Positions 20,462 to 29,156 of a stretch of 64,000 bases of DNA are shown in pieces. Positions within the stretch are counted from its first letter, which is position 1; each line of letters starts with the position of its first letter. The notes beneath the pieces are model-generated. The model saw only the letters and a program-made list of their open reading frames with translations. It was not told where the DNA came from and ran no database searches. The stretch is from Patescibacteria group bacterium (GTDB lineage Bacteria > Patescibacteriota > UBA1384 > DATEAH01), in the NCBI GenBank assembly GCA_035288465.1, contig DATEAH010000005.1, forward strand, positions 67,636 through 131,635, written 5' to 3'. Made by a program: the position numbers and the translations under genes.

Positions 20462-20599
20462 TTATAAACCTTTTTGTAAAACATCCGCTAAAATTATAAA
20501 ACCACCGGTTTTTGATAACCAGGCAAGCGTGATAAAAGCTGAAAAAAGCAAAATCACAATTAATCCGGCCATTATTTTATCGCGCCTTGAAGATAACAT
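20462..20599 (-). CDS. 45-aa small membrane protein (not in ORF track)
   Basis: AAGGAG RBS; MLSSRRDKIMAGLIVILLFSAFITLAWLSK... Confidence 0.6.
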   Translation of the reverse strand: MLSSRRDKIMAGLIVILLFSAFITLAWLSKTGGFIILADVLQKGL

Positions 20600-20613
20600 T
20601 ATTACTCCTTAAA

Positions 20614-20817
20614 TTATTTTTTAGGTTTATTTTTGGCTTTATTTTTTTCCGCCATTTCCGCTTTCATTTTCCAAACTTCAAATAAGCCAGCGCCCTCAAC
20701 TGGCATTTTTTTACGATGTTTTACCTCTCTTTTTTCGGCTTTGGTCTTGCCTTTCCAGTCTTCATAATTTAGCGCATCAAGATCATTAATTGATTGATTT
20801 CGAACTGGTTTGAACAT
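20614..20817 (-). CDS. small basic hypothetical protein
   Basis: AGGAG RBS, 67 aa, in an operon. Confidence 0.65.
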   Translation of the reverse strand: MFKPVRNQSINDLDALNYEDWKGKTKAEKREVKHRKKMPVEGAGLFEVWKMKAEMAEKNKAKNKPKK

Positions 20818-20862
20818 TTAAATTTCTCCTACTTCAAAATCCAAAAACCTAAAATAGATATA

Positions 20863-21066
20863 TTATCTTTCGACTAAAAAGGCGATTTTGACATTAGCTT
20901 TAAATTCGGTGATTTTATTATCCTGAATAGTCGCGTTTTGTCCAACGACATCAACACCGGTAATATTTCTAATGGTTTTTGCGGCTTGATCAACCGCGTG
21001 CTTGGCGGCATCTTCCCAGCTGGTTTCGGAAGTGCCAATTAGTTCGACAATTTTTACAACGGCCAT
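20863..21066 (-). CDS. dodecin family protein
   Basis: KIVELIGTSETSWEDAA...FKANVKIAF. Confidence 0.92.
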   Translation of the reverse strand: MAVVKIVELIGTSETSWEDAAKHAVDQAAKTIRNITGVDVVGQNATIQDNKITEFKANVKIAFLVER

Positions 21067-21078
21067 AATTCTCCTTTA

Positions 21079-21984
21079 TTATTTTAAAAATTTGTAAACT
21101 GAATGAGCGGCGATGGCGCCCTCTGCCATTGAAGGCAAAATCTGCCAAAATTGCTCAGAACCGGTAGTAATATCACCGGCCGCCCAAACGCCTTTAAGGT
21201 TGGTCGCACCACCCGGGTCAATCACAATAAAACCTTGTTCGTCTAATTTAATGCCTAAATTTTTCGCTAAAGTGGCATTTGGGGTTGAGCCGATTTCAAT
21301 AAAAACACCATCAACTTTGAGATCTTTTTGGGCAGTCGGGCTTTGCAAACTCAAACTTTCAACCACCTCTTTGCCGTTAATTTTGGTCGTTTTGGTAGAA
21401 AGAATAATTTCAACATTTTTTCGAGCTTTGATTTTATCTTGCCAATAAGGTTCCGCACGCAATTTATCCTCAGCTTCAATAATATAAACTTTTGGACAAA
21501 TGTCAGCTAATAAATTTGCCGAGGCTAAACCGGCATCGCCACCACCAATCACAGCGACAATACGATCTTTAAAAAAGCGGCCATCACAAGTGGGGCAATA
21601 ACTGACGCCCCGACCCAAAAGTTCTTCCTCGCCTGGCACACCTAATTTGCGGCGTTCCATACCAGTAGTTAAAATTACGGTTTTAGTGGGGATTTTTTCA
21701 GCTTGTTCGGTTTCGACTTCAAAACCAGTCTCGGTTTTTTTAATCTTAGTAACTTTGTCGTTTTTCATCTCCACGCCCAATTTTTTAATCTGGGCAATAA
21801 TTTTCGAGGCTAACTCAGCCCCTGAGATTTTTTCAAAACCTGGATAATTTTCGATCTCATAGGCATTTTCCATTGCCCCACCAGAGGCGACACAAATTAA
21901 TAAAGTTTTTAAATCGTATCTGGCGGCATAAAGAGCGGCGGCTAAGCCGGCTGGTCCCCCACCAACAATAATCAAATCATACAT
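21079..21984 (-). CDS. trxB: thioredoxin reductase
   Basis: GGGPAG, GVSYCPTCDG, GGGDAG, WAAGD. Confidence 0.9.
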   Translation of the reverse strand: MYDLIIVGGGPAGLAAALYAARYDLKTLLICVASGGAMENAYEIENYPGFEKISGAELASKIIAQIKKLGVEMKNDKVTKIKKTETGFEVETEQAEKIPTKTVILTTGMERRKLGVPGEEELLGRGVSYCPTCDGRFFKDRIVAVIGGGDAGLASANLLADICPKVYIIEAEDKLRAEPYWQDKIKARKNVEIILSTKTTKINGKEVVESLSLQSPTAQKDLKVDGVFIEIGSTPNATLAKNLGIKLDEQGFIVIDPGGATNLKGVWAAGDITTGSEQFWQILPSMAEGAIAAHSVYKFLK

Positions 21985-22194
21985 GTTATCTCCTTCTAGT
22001 CGCAAATCCGAAATTCGAATATCTAAATCATAAATAAGTTACAATTTTTAATATCTAATTTTCAAATTTTTGGGTACTTATTACATAGAATCTTATAACC
22101 ATATTTATCATACCAAATTCTGAGGACAAAAAAAGCCCCGTACCTTGGGAAAAGCACGGGGTCAACCGCAAACGAGAAATATTGAAATAATTAA

Positions 22195-22653
22195 TTAATG
22201 TTGACGAGTGGCTCGATGCTGACCTTTTTGATATTGCGTATAATCATAAAGGGCTTCAAAGAATTGTTGAAGTTTGTCAAAATCTTGAACTATAATAACC
22301 TGATTGGTTATAATGCTTGAACATAACCCTCTTAACATTTTCATTTCTTCCCGAAACGCATCCTGTCCAGAAAAAGTCTCAACACCATCACTTGCCTGCA
22401 AGTCATCCCGGGCACCTTTAGCCAATAAATAATTTGGCTCATTCTTAAAATGCCGAGTATGAATCCTTAGGGTTTCAATATCTTCAATCTCTTGAACAAC
22501 AGAATTTAGAAATTCTTGAGCTCTGCCAATTGCCCAAAGAGTTTTTTGATCACGGTTGCCCCTTTCAATATTAACTAAGGCAGTTTTCACCCTAATTGTT
22601 AACAATGCCGTAATGGAAATCATCTCTCTATTAACAAGTTGGTCAGTCGCCAA
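22195..22653 (-). CDS. hypothetical helical protein
   Basis: TTG with AAGGGGTG RBS; last gene of the operon, followed by a terminator. Confidence 0.6.
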   Translation of the reverse strand: MATDQLVNREMISITALLTIRVKTALVNIERGNRDQKTLWAIGRAQEFLNSVVQEIEDIETLRIHTRHFKNEPNYLLAKGARDDLQASDGVETFSGQDAFREEMKMLRGLCSSIITNQVIIVQDFDKLQQFFEALYDYTQYQKGQHRATRQH

Positions 22654-22705
22654 TCAGATCACCCCTTTTCTTGATGTAGATTTGAATAACAATCTTTGTC
22701 CAAAA

Positions 22706-23752
22706 TTAATCGTCCCATTCGGGAGGATAAGGAAAAGTGTCTAAATCGTAACCGACCTCCACCAAATCACGATCAATAGCTCTTTTAATACCGGTTTTGG
22801 CTTCAAAATCTAATTGGGCAGCCAGGCGCCGGTGAATGGCTGGCCAATCCTCTCTTGGCAAATACTTCTCGGTTGACCAAGCAAAGTCAGTCCAAGGATT
22901 ATCTCGCATCCGCTTTAAATATCCTGCTAAATCTAAGGTTTCGAAATAGGCGCCATAAAGATGCAAGCTAGTTGAAAGTCCATTCATCTCGCCCGGTACA
23001 ATTTGAATTCCCAAGGCATTCGTGAGCCTAATTGCCCATAACCTTTGGTATTCCGACAAAGCATACATATTCATAGGCCAGCCATTGAAAAGATCATGGG
23101 ACCGAAATATTATGACCCAAACTAGATTATAGGTTTCTTCTTCACAATTCGGATCCTGCAAAAGCCGGAATTGGATCATTTGCAGACAGGGGGCATCTTC
23201 AGAAAAGTTATCAATTTGTGGAATCCAAGTATGCAGCATGTAGTCGCGACCAAAACGATGTTTTGACATCCAGTCTTTTTGCATTTTCTCAATCATTAAC
23301 TTGTCTTGCGATTCAAAATATGTCGTGGCCGGTAAAACAACTTGTACCTCTCTTTCTAAGCGCTGATGGTAAGAATAATCCCAATAAGCTTCCTTTTCAT
23401 CCTCTTCGGTTCTAATGGTAATATCTTTCACCCAGCCATCATGAACTCCAAAACAAACCTCATCTCGATAAACTAACAAACCCTCGGGGGCATCACAACA
23501 ACCAAAGCTATGCAATCTCGGTTCATTAAGCGGCTTTCGGATTGTGTAACCCATGCACGCATCAAATCCGAGCGGAAAGCCTTCTTGATGTTTGGGGGTC
23601 CGTTCCCTTGATCCCAAAAACCAGCAAGCTAAACAAAGTTTGTGCCAGACTTCAGGGACATAATCTCCAACAATACCGATGAACGGGAGCGTACCTTGTT
23701 GTGGTAATTGTGTTAAGTCTTCGATAAGAGCGCGTTCTTGCTGATTCGCCAT
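22706..23752 (-). CDS. thymidylate synthase-family protein (divergent, archaeal-like)
   Basis: APCLQMIQF, FRSHDLFNGWPMN, SLHLY; ATG after GAGGAGG. Confidence 0.8.
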   Translation of the reverse strand: MANQQERALIEDLTQLPQQGTLPFIGIVGDYVPEVWHKLCLACWFLGSRERTPKHQEGFPLGFDACMGYTIRKPLNEPRLHSFGCCDAPEGLLVYRDEVCFGVHDGWVKDITIRTEEDEKEAYWDYSYHQRLEREVQVVLPATTYFESQDKLMIEKMQKDWMSKHRFGRDYMLHTWIPQIDNFSEDAPCLQMIQFRLLQDPNCEEETYNLVWVIIFRSHDLFNGWPMNMYALSEYQRLWAIRLTNALGIQIVPGEMNGLSTSLHLYGAYFETLDLAGYLKRMRDNPWTDFAWSTEKYLPREDWPAIHRRLAAQLDFEAKTGIKRAIDRDLVEVGYDLDTFPYPPEWDD

Positions 23753-23798
23753 TACTGATCGACCTCCTCGGGTTTTGCGCGGAGTTATAGATGGGATT

Positions 23799-24170
23799 TC
23801 AACGGCAGTACGGGCTATCGCGCCAACCGGCTTCAATATTCTGAATTTCTGATTTAATATCCTCAACCACATCCATTCCACTGGCTTGTAATGCAGCTAC
23901 CATTTCTCTGGTAAAAAACACGCAATCTATTTTCCCATTAACTAATGCCTGATAACTCGTTTCTGTTTCTCGAGGTGGTTTGGGAATAGGACTGACAACA
24001 AAAAATATATTTGCCCGCTCTGCTGGCCGCAGCCCAAACATTAAACCTAATTCTTGGATTTGACTAATTTCTACCGGAGTTAATAGCTCTTGAGCCGCCT
24101 CATCGATAACTAACATTTCTCTGACTTCAAGTTGGTAAGGAAAAAATTCAGGTGAATCTTTAGTTGCCAT
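23799..24170 (-). CDS. hypothetical protein
   Basis: AAGGAGG RBS; lies between the deaminase and TS-like genes. Confidence 0.7.
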   Translation of the reverse strand: MATKDSPEFFPYQLEVREMLVIDEAAQELLTPVEISQIQELGLMFGLRPAERANIFFVVSPIPKPPRETETSYQALVNGKIDCVFFTREMVAALQASGMDVVEDIKSEIQNIEAGWRDSPYCR

Positions 24171-24184
24171 GGGTACCGACCTCC

Positions 24185-24724
24185 TTAAATAACCTTGCGG
24201 GTTGTTTTGGTTTCATAATTATATTGTTCGACGGCAATATTTGATTCCATCGCCAGTTGGATCGCAAGCTCAAAATCGGTTTTTTCTTCTCCTTTTTCAG
24301 CCTCATCAACTCTTTTAACCCGAGCATATTCTTGGGCAAATACAATCCTTTTTACCCCATAAGCGGCTTGCCTTTTCATGCATTGAGTGCAACATAATCT
24401 CGAAATATACAAAGTGCTACCATCAAATTCACTTCGCGAACGAGAAAGCGTGGCGTTGTCTTCAGCGTGCAAACCCCTACAAGCGTTTCCATGCTTTTTT
24501 GCACAACCAACATGAGGATTATTACAATGCGGATGATCAGGCAATGGTCCATTATAGCCGGTATCAATAATATGATGATTGGGATTGGCATAAACGCAGG
24601 CGACCCGATTATTAATACAGACTGGTCTTTTTGCAAATATAGCCACAATATCCATAAAGGTTTCGTCCCAAGACGGACGTTCGGGTTCGAAAATATCTTC
24701 TTGGTCTTTGTCCACTCGACTCAC
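24185..24724 (-). CDS. dCMP deaminase (ComEB-like)
   Basis: RPSWDETFM, TGYNG, HAEDNA, CCTQC Zn motif. Confidence 0.88.
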   Translation of the reverse strand: MSRVDKDQEDIFEPERPSWDETFMDIVAIFAKRPVCINNRVACVYANPNHHIIDTGYNGPLPDHPHCNNPHVGCAKKHGNACRGLHAEDNATLSRSRSEFDGSTLYISRLCCTQCMKRQAAYGVKRIVFAQEYARVKRVDEAEKGEEKTDFELAIQLAMESNIAVEQYNYETKTTRKVI

Positions 24725-24846
24725 CTCCCGGAGAGTAACCAGCCAAATAAAATCGTTTCAGCTACAACAGCAATTACAACCGCGCCAACTATAATTAATA
24801 TCCCCACCAACCCCATGACAAGTTTGTTCAGCCCTCGAACCATCAT
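24721..24846 (-). CDS. 41-aa single-TM protein (not in ORF track)
   Basis: AAGGAG RBS; MMVRGLNKLVMGLVGILIIVGAVV...; stop overlaps the deaminase GTG. Confidence 0.55.
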   Translation of the reverse strand: MMVRGLNKLVMGLVGILIIVGAVVIAVVAETILFGWLLSGR

Positions 24847-25018
24847 TCGCTCATCTCCTTGTTAAGGAACTCACTTATAAAAAATAGAGTTTAAGCCCAT
24901 TTGAATTTGGGTAAACCCTCCTTAATTTTTATCTTACATTTTCAGTAATTAATTGCAAGTGGATAAATTTATTTCACCTCTGTATTTTGACCATAAAATT
25001 TGCTATAATCATAGCTAA

Positions 25019-25091
25019 GCCCCTGTAGCTCAATGGATAGAGCGCTTCGCTTCGGACGAAGAGGTTGCGGGTTCGACTCCTGCCAGGGGCG
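25019..25091 (+). tRNA. tRNA-Arg(TCG)
   Basis: Cloverleaf; CTTCG-CTTCGGA-CGAAG. Confidence 0.93.
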
Positions 25092-25094
25092 AGT

Positions 25095-25166
25095 GGGCCT
25101 GTAGCTCAGTGGTAGAGCATCTGCCTCTTAAGCAGAGTGTCGAGGGTTCGATCCCCTCCAGGCCCT
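25095..25166 (+). tRNA. tRNA-Lys(CTT)
   Basis: Cloverleaf; TCTGC-CTCTTAA-GCAGA. Confidence 0.95.
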
Positions 25167-25343
25167 TTTCCGGAAAGAAAACTCTTTTGAGGTTTTTTTC
25201 GGAAAATGGCTTGTGGTGGTAAGAACCCACAGGCGATAAATAAACAATTGAGTAAAAAGTTGATATTTTAGCAAAGACTTAATATAAATCAAAATGTTGT
25301 TGCATCGGGACGGGGTTTACCCCTTCGATCCCCTCCAGGCCCT
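25167..25343 (+). mobile_element. tRNA-downstream mini-element at tRNA-Lys, with duplicated tRNA 3' end (25324-25343)
   Basis: Perfect 20-bp repeat TTCGATCCCCTCCAGGCCCT; shared GAACCC, TGATATTTTAGCAAA and GACGGGGTTTACCCCTTCGA motifs. Confidence 0.72.
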
Positions 25344-25437
25344 ATAATCAAAAGCGCTCTTTTTGAGAGGTTTGCGATTATTGCTTGGAAGATGCGAGAA
25401 GCCGTTAGCGGCAAGGTAAAAACCAAAAATAAGGTAG

Positions 25438-25698
25438 TTATTTAACAACAACCTTGTAGATTTTAACGAAGACCCAAGTAGCAATATAACCGGCAATAAA
25501 AGCGGAAACCAGTCCGAGAAGCAGTTTACCAAACGACATGGTGGTCGTATCCCAAATAATACTTAGATTGACTCCGTGAAACCATGTTTGAAAGATAGAC
25601 CGGCTAATGTCGGGCAACAACCAAACTAATAAGCCGCAAAAAAGCGAGACCAAGGTTAAAAATGTTGCCACCGCCAAAGGCGTTTTCTTGGTGTCCAT
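25438..25698 (-). CDS. small two-TM membrane protein (DUF5676-like)
   Basis: SLFCGLL...WFHG pattern; GGAGG RBS. Confidence 0.65.
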   Translation of the reverse strand: MDTKKTPLAVATFLTLVSLFCGLLVWLLPDISRSIFQTWFHGVNLSIIWDTTTMSFGKLLLGLVSAFIAGYIATWVFVKIYKVVVK

Positions 25699-25739
25699 AA
25701 ACCCTCCCACTAATTAATTTATTTTTTAGCTAATTTTAT

Positions 25740-26120
25740 TTAAATTAGTTTACCCAAGACAACGATAGCAAAAAGAACTATCGCGTTGATTATTGTCAAA
25801 ACGGTTAAATTCGGAGTGGGTACCTTTTTTATTTTTCGGTCAATTATTAAAACCGCGATTATCCCATCAAGAACAAAAAGTCCCATTTTTATCCAGAACA
25901 GAATATTACCCTTAAGTTCTTCCGCTTCCTGAAAATAAAGCACCAACCCGGTTGCCAAGAGCCAACCGGCGGCAATTGTACCTGTCAATCGCATCATCTG
26001 AAAAATTTTGAGCCGTTCCTGACTTACTCCCTCCTTGATATTAAGTAAAACAGAAAAAACAACAACACCGATAATTACTCCGGCACCAACGATGTGCAGG
26101 ATAAGAAACAATGCGTGCAT
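25740..26120 (-). CDS. four-TM membrane protein
   Basis: LHIVGAG, ATGL and FWIKM motifs. Confidence 0.7.
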   Translation of the reverse strand: MHALFLILHIVGAGVIIGVVVFSVLLNIKEGVSQERLKIFQMMRLTGTIAAGWLLATGLVLYFQEAEELKGNILFWIKMGLFVLDGIIAVLIIDRKIKKVPTPNLTVLTIINAIVLFAIVVLGKLI

Positions 26121-26235
26121 ATTACCTCTTTGTTTAATTATATCAAAATCCGAGGTAAGGTTCAAACGAGCATATTAAACCTGAGGTTTTTTGTGGTATT
26201 ATTAAGATATAATCATATATTAAAAAAGGAGAAAT

Positions 26236-27039
26236 GTGGAGACAAAATTGACTCCGTTTGATAAATTGCTTGATTTGACCGGCAAAACAGCGATTGTTAC
26301 CGGCGGAGCGATGGGAATAGGTTTAGGAATCACCGCGCGTTTGGCTGAGGCAGGAGCCTCTGTTTTAATTGCGGATTTGGACGAAAACGCCGCTAATAAA
26401 AGTGCTCAGGGCTTAAGCACACAAGGATTCAAAGTTAGGGTAGTTAAAACCGATGTTTCGAACGAAACCGAGGTTAACAAAATGGTTCAAACTGCTGTTC
26501 AGGATTTTGGTGGTCTCGATATTATCATCAACAATGCCGGCATTTACCCCCAGATGCCGCTTGCCAAAATGACTAAGGAAGATTTCGATCGAGTTGTTGC
26601 CGTTAATTTGCGCGGAGTTTTTTTATGCACGGAAGCAGCCTCAAAACAGATGATTTCCCAAGGCCGGGGCGGTAAAATTATTAACATTACTTCAATAGAT
26701 GCTTTACATCCGTCGATGGTTGGTCTTGCCCATTACGACGCTTCCAAGCATGGTGTCTGGGGCTTTACTAAAAATGCGGCCCTTGAACTTTCTCAACATA
26801 AAATTTGGGTTAACGCCATCGCACCGGGCGGTATTACAACCCCCGGGGTTTCTAAAATGCCGCCAGCGCCAGGCGTTGATATGAAAAAATTTATGGCGGC
26901 TTTTCTGGCGAAAATCCCGATGCACCGCATGGGAGACCCTGACGACATCGGCAAAGTTGCTTTGTTTTTGGCTTCGGACATGTCCTCGTATCTGACTGGC
27001 GAGCAAATCGTGGTTGACGGCGGCGTGTTATTAAGTTGA
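26236..27039 (+). CDS. SDR family NAD(P)-dependent oxidoreductase
   Basis: TGGAMGIG, NNAG, YDASK, VDGG. Confidence 0.95.
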   Translation: METKLTPFDKLLDLTGKTAIVTGGAMGIGLGITARLAEAGASVLIADLDENAANKSAQGLSTQGFKVRVVKTDVSNETEVNKMVQTAVQDFGGLDIIINNAGIYPQMPLAKMTKEDFDRVVAVNLRGVFLCTEAASKQMISQGRGGKIINITSIDALHPSMVGLAHYDASKHGVWGFTKNAALELSQHKIWVNAIAPGGITTPGVSKMPPAPGVDMKKFMAAFLAKIPMHRMGDPDDIGKVALFLASDMSSYLTGEQIVVDGGVLLS

Positions 27040-27226
27040 TTTTAGTAAAATGATAAATATATTAATCGCAAAAGGGGGAATATCCGATTGTATGAATGCC
27101 CGAATGTCCCTGATTGAAAATACTATCCAAGCCAAAAATCTCTGATTTTTGAAAAAGAGCGACACCAAATCGGAATAAAATTAATTCTTTGAATTAATTT
27201 ATTGATAACGGAGATTACCGCGATGT

Positions 27227-27309
27227 GCCCGCGTGGCGAAATGGCAGACGCGCTAGGTTTAGGACCTAGTGAGCGAAAGCTCATGGGGGTTCAAGTCCCT
27301 CCGCGGGCA
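27227..27309 (+). tRNA. tRNA-Leu(TAG)
   Basis: Class II cloverleaf; CTAGG-TTTAGGA-CCTAG. Confidence 0.95.
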
Positions 27310-27491
27310 GAGACCAAAAATCCTCCAAATTAGGAGGATTTTTTAATATTACCCTATAAAATTTTCTATCGTAACGATTAGAGGGCGGGATTGTGGGGAT
27401 CGACCCCACAAAAAAAGGCGAAAACCTACTGACAATTCAAATAGGCTTTCGCCAAAAATAACAAATGAAAATAAATCAAATAAACTCAAAG

Positions 27492-28367
27492 TTACGAACG
27501 AATAAAGTTCCGGCTAATTTCTTGCCACAAGCTAATATCCAAAGAAGTATCTTTGGGCAATCTAACCGGAATATCGGCTCGTGTAATCGGTTTGACATCA
27601 AGGTTGGTTTTTTGAGCTAATTCAAAAACTGATTTTCTTTCTTGAGCAATATGGATAATTGAGGGTCGACCAGATTCATACAAGTAATCTCTTACAAACT
27701 CATAATCATCAACTGCCAAAGCAATTTCTGGGCCAATTTGATCAACATAGCCTGCCGAAGTCCACATATCTGTTGGTGCTTGAGGATGTTCAAAGGGAAC
27801 CGGCTTGAATGAAGTTCTAATAATCAAATAATTACGTGAGTTGTTGTGATTCGAAAATATCTTTTCGCCCATTAACTTAGTTTCAGCATAATAATTAATA
27901 GGATTAGGGCAATCTTTTTCAGAATACAACCCGCGCTTGCCATCATAATCGGACGGATAATCTCGCTCCCCATCAAAAACATAATCGGTAGAAATGTAAA
28001 CGAAATAACATTCAGCTCCTCGCGCCGCTCTGATTTCGGCAGCTATCCTCGAAAGAATATTCGTACCTCTAACATTAATCTTATGGCAAAGTTCTCGATC
28101 TTTTTCAGCACCGGCAACATCTGTAAAAGCAGCTAAATGCAAAACGACATCGGGCCGGAATAGACAAAATACATTTCTCACTTGATCAATATCACAAATA
28201 TCCATGATTTGAAATTCAGCTGCAGGAAATTCGCCTATGCAATTACTATCAATTTCGACAACATCGGTCAACATTAGTTTGTGACTATCAAGCCGATAAA
28301 CCAACTTTGAAGCCAAAAGACCGGCTGCGCCAGTAACGAGGATCTTGGACGGTTTTGGGATTCTCAT
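27492..28367 (-). CDS. dTDP-4-dehydrorhamnose reductase-like (RmlD/RfbD family)
   Basis: VTGAAGLL, HLAAFTDV, YISTDYVFDG, YAETK. Confidence 0.85.
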   Translation of the reverse strand: MRIPKPSKILVTGAAGLLASKLVYRLDSHKLMLTDVVEIDSNCIGEFPAAEFQIMDICDIDQVRNVFCLFRPDVVLHLAAFTDVAGAEKDRELCHKINVRGTNILSRIAAEIRAARGAECYFVYISTDYVFDGERDYPSDYDGKRGLYSEKDCPNPINYYAETKLMGEKIFSNHNNSRNYLIIRTSFKPVPFEHPQAPTDMWTSAGYVDQIGPEIALAVDDYEFVRDYLYESGRPSIIHIAQERKSVFELAQKTNLDVKPITRADIPVRLPKDTSLDISLWQEISRNFIRS

Positions 28368-28888
28368 CGGTTCTCGACCTCCAGGAAGGGATATTGGTCA
28401 TAGGGGATGGGATGTTCGTCGGGCTTTGTTGGATTATATATATGACTGACGTAGTAATTCAAGACGCAAGGTTTGTTGTATAGGGGTGTAAAACCATGAT
28501 ACCAACCGGGTGGGATAACAACAATTCCCGGTTTTAGGTCACCAATATAATATTCAAGATACCAATTAAGCTCTAATAATTCGGATTTGGTACGGCGACC
28601 ACTACCATCCAATCTGAAAACTACTATTTTAGCGTTTCCATGGCTCACGCGCATACAATCTGTTTGCAACTTGTGAAGGTGCCAGGCCCTCTTAACCCCA
28701 AAAGCAGTTTTGCTTTCGTTGGATTGTCCTGAGTTTTTATCAAAATAGATGTTGTTCCGGTCAAGTGGCGCATATACATTATAAATTCCGTAGCCACGAT
28801 CATCCATCTTAATATCTTCGGGTTGATAATAAAATACCTGCGGTTTTATAATGGTTCGATCCAGAGTAGGATCCAACAACTCAACCAT
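28364..28888 (-). CDS. dTDP-sugar 3,5-epimerase-like cupin (RmlC/RfbC family)
   Basis: DDRG, RAWHLHKLQTD, IPPGWYHGF. Confidence 0.82.
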   Translation of the reverse strand: MVELLDPTLDRTIIKPQVFYYQPEDIKMDDRGYGIYNVYAPLDRNNIYFDKNSGQSNESKTAFGVKRAWHLHKLQTDCMRVSHGNAKIVVFRLDGSGRRTKSELLELNWYLEYYIGDLKPGIVVIPPGWYHGFTPLYNKPCVLNYYVSHIYNPTKPDEHPIPYDQYPFLEVENR

Positions 28889-28996
28889 CTCCTTGAGATA
28901 TGATTCTGGGACTGAAAATATTATATCAGAAAGTTTGATAAAATCAAAGATAAGGCATAAAAATGCCTCTTCTTCTTTATATCTTAAGGTCTAAGA

Positions 28997-29131
28997 TTAT
29001 TTTTTATCTTTTTTTTGACAGCCACACTGACAGCCCTTGTCACAGGTACAGCATTTACAGCAAATGCCCGGTTCGCAAGAACATTCACAGTCTTTGTCAA
29101 TTGGCATAGTACATTTTTTACATTTTGCCAT
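28997..29131 (-). CDS. 44-aa cysteine-rich, metallothionein-like protein (not in ORF track)
   Basis: MAKCKKCTMPIDKDCECSCEPGICCKCCTCDKGCQCGCQKKDKK; 13 Cys; AAGGA RBS with TATAAT just upstream. Confidence 0.75.
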   Translation of the reverse strand: MAKCKKCTMPIDKDCECSCEPGICCKCCTCDKGCQCGCQKKDKK

Positions 29132-29156
29132 TAAGCTTCCTTTCATTATATTAATA

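Noticed and set aside
23753-23881. N-terminal extension of the TS-like ORF
   Set aside because: Overlaps the upstream gene; better RBS at 23752.
25030-25230. 66-aa ORF
   Set aside because: Antisense to two tRNA genes.
27391-27411. Palindrome TTGTGGGGATCGACCCCACAA after tRNA-Leu
   Set aside because: No duplicated Leu 3' end or family motif; probably terminator-related.
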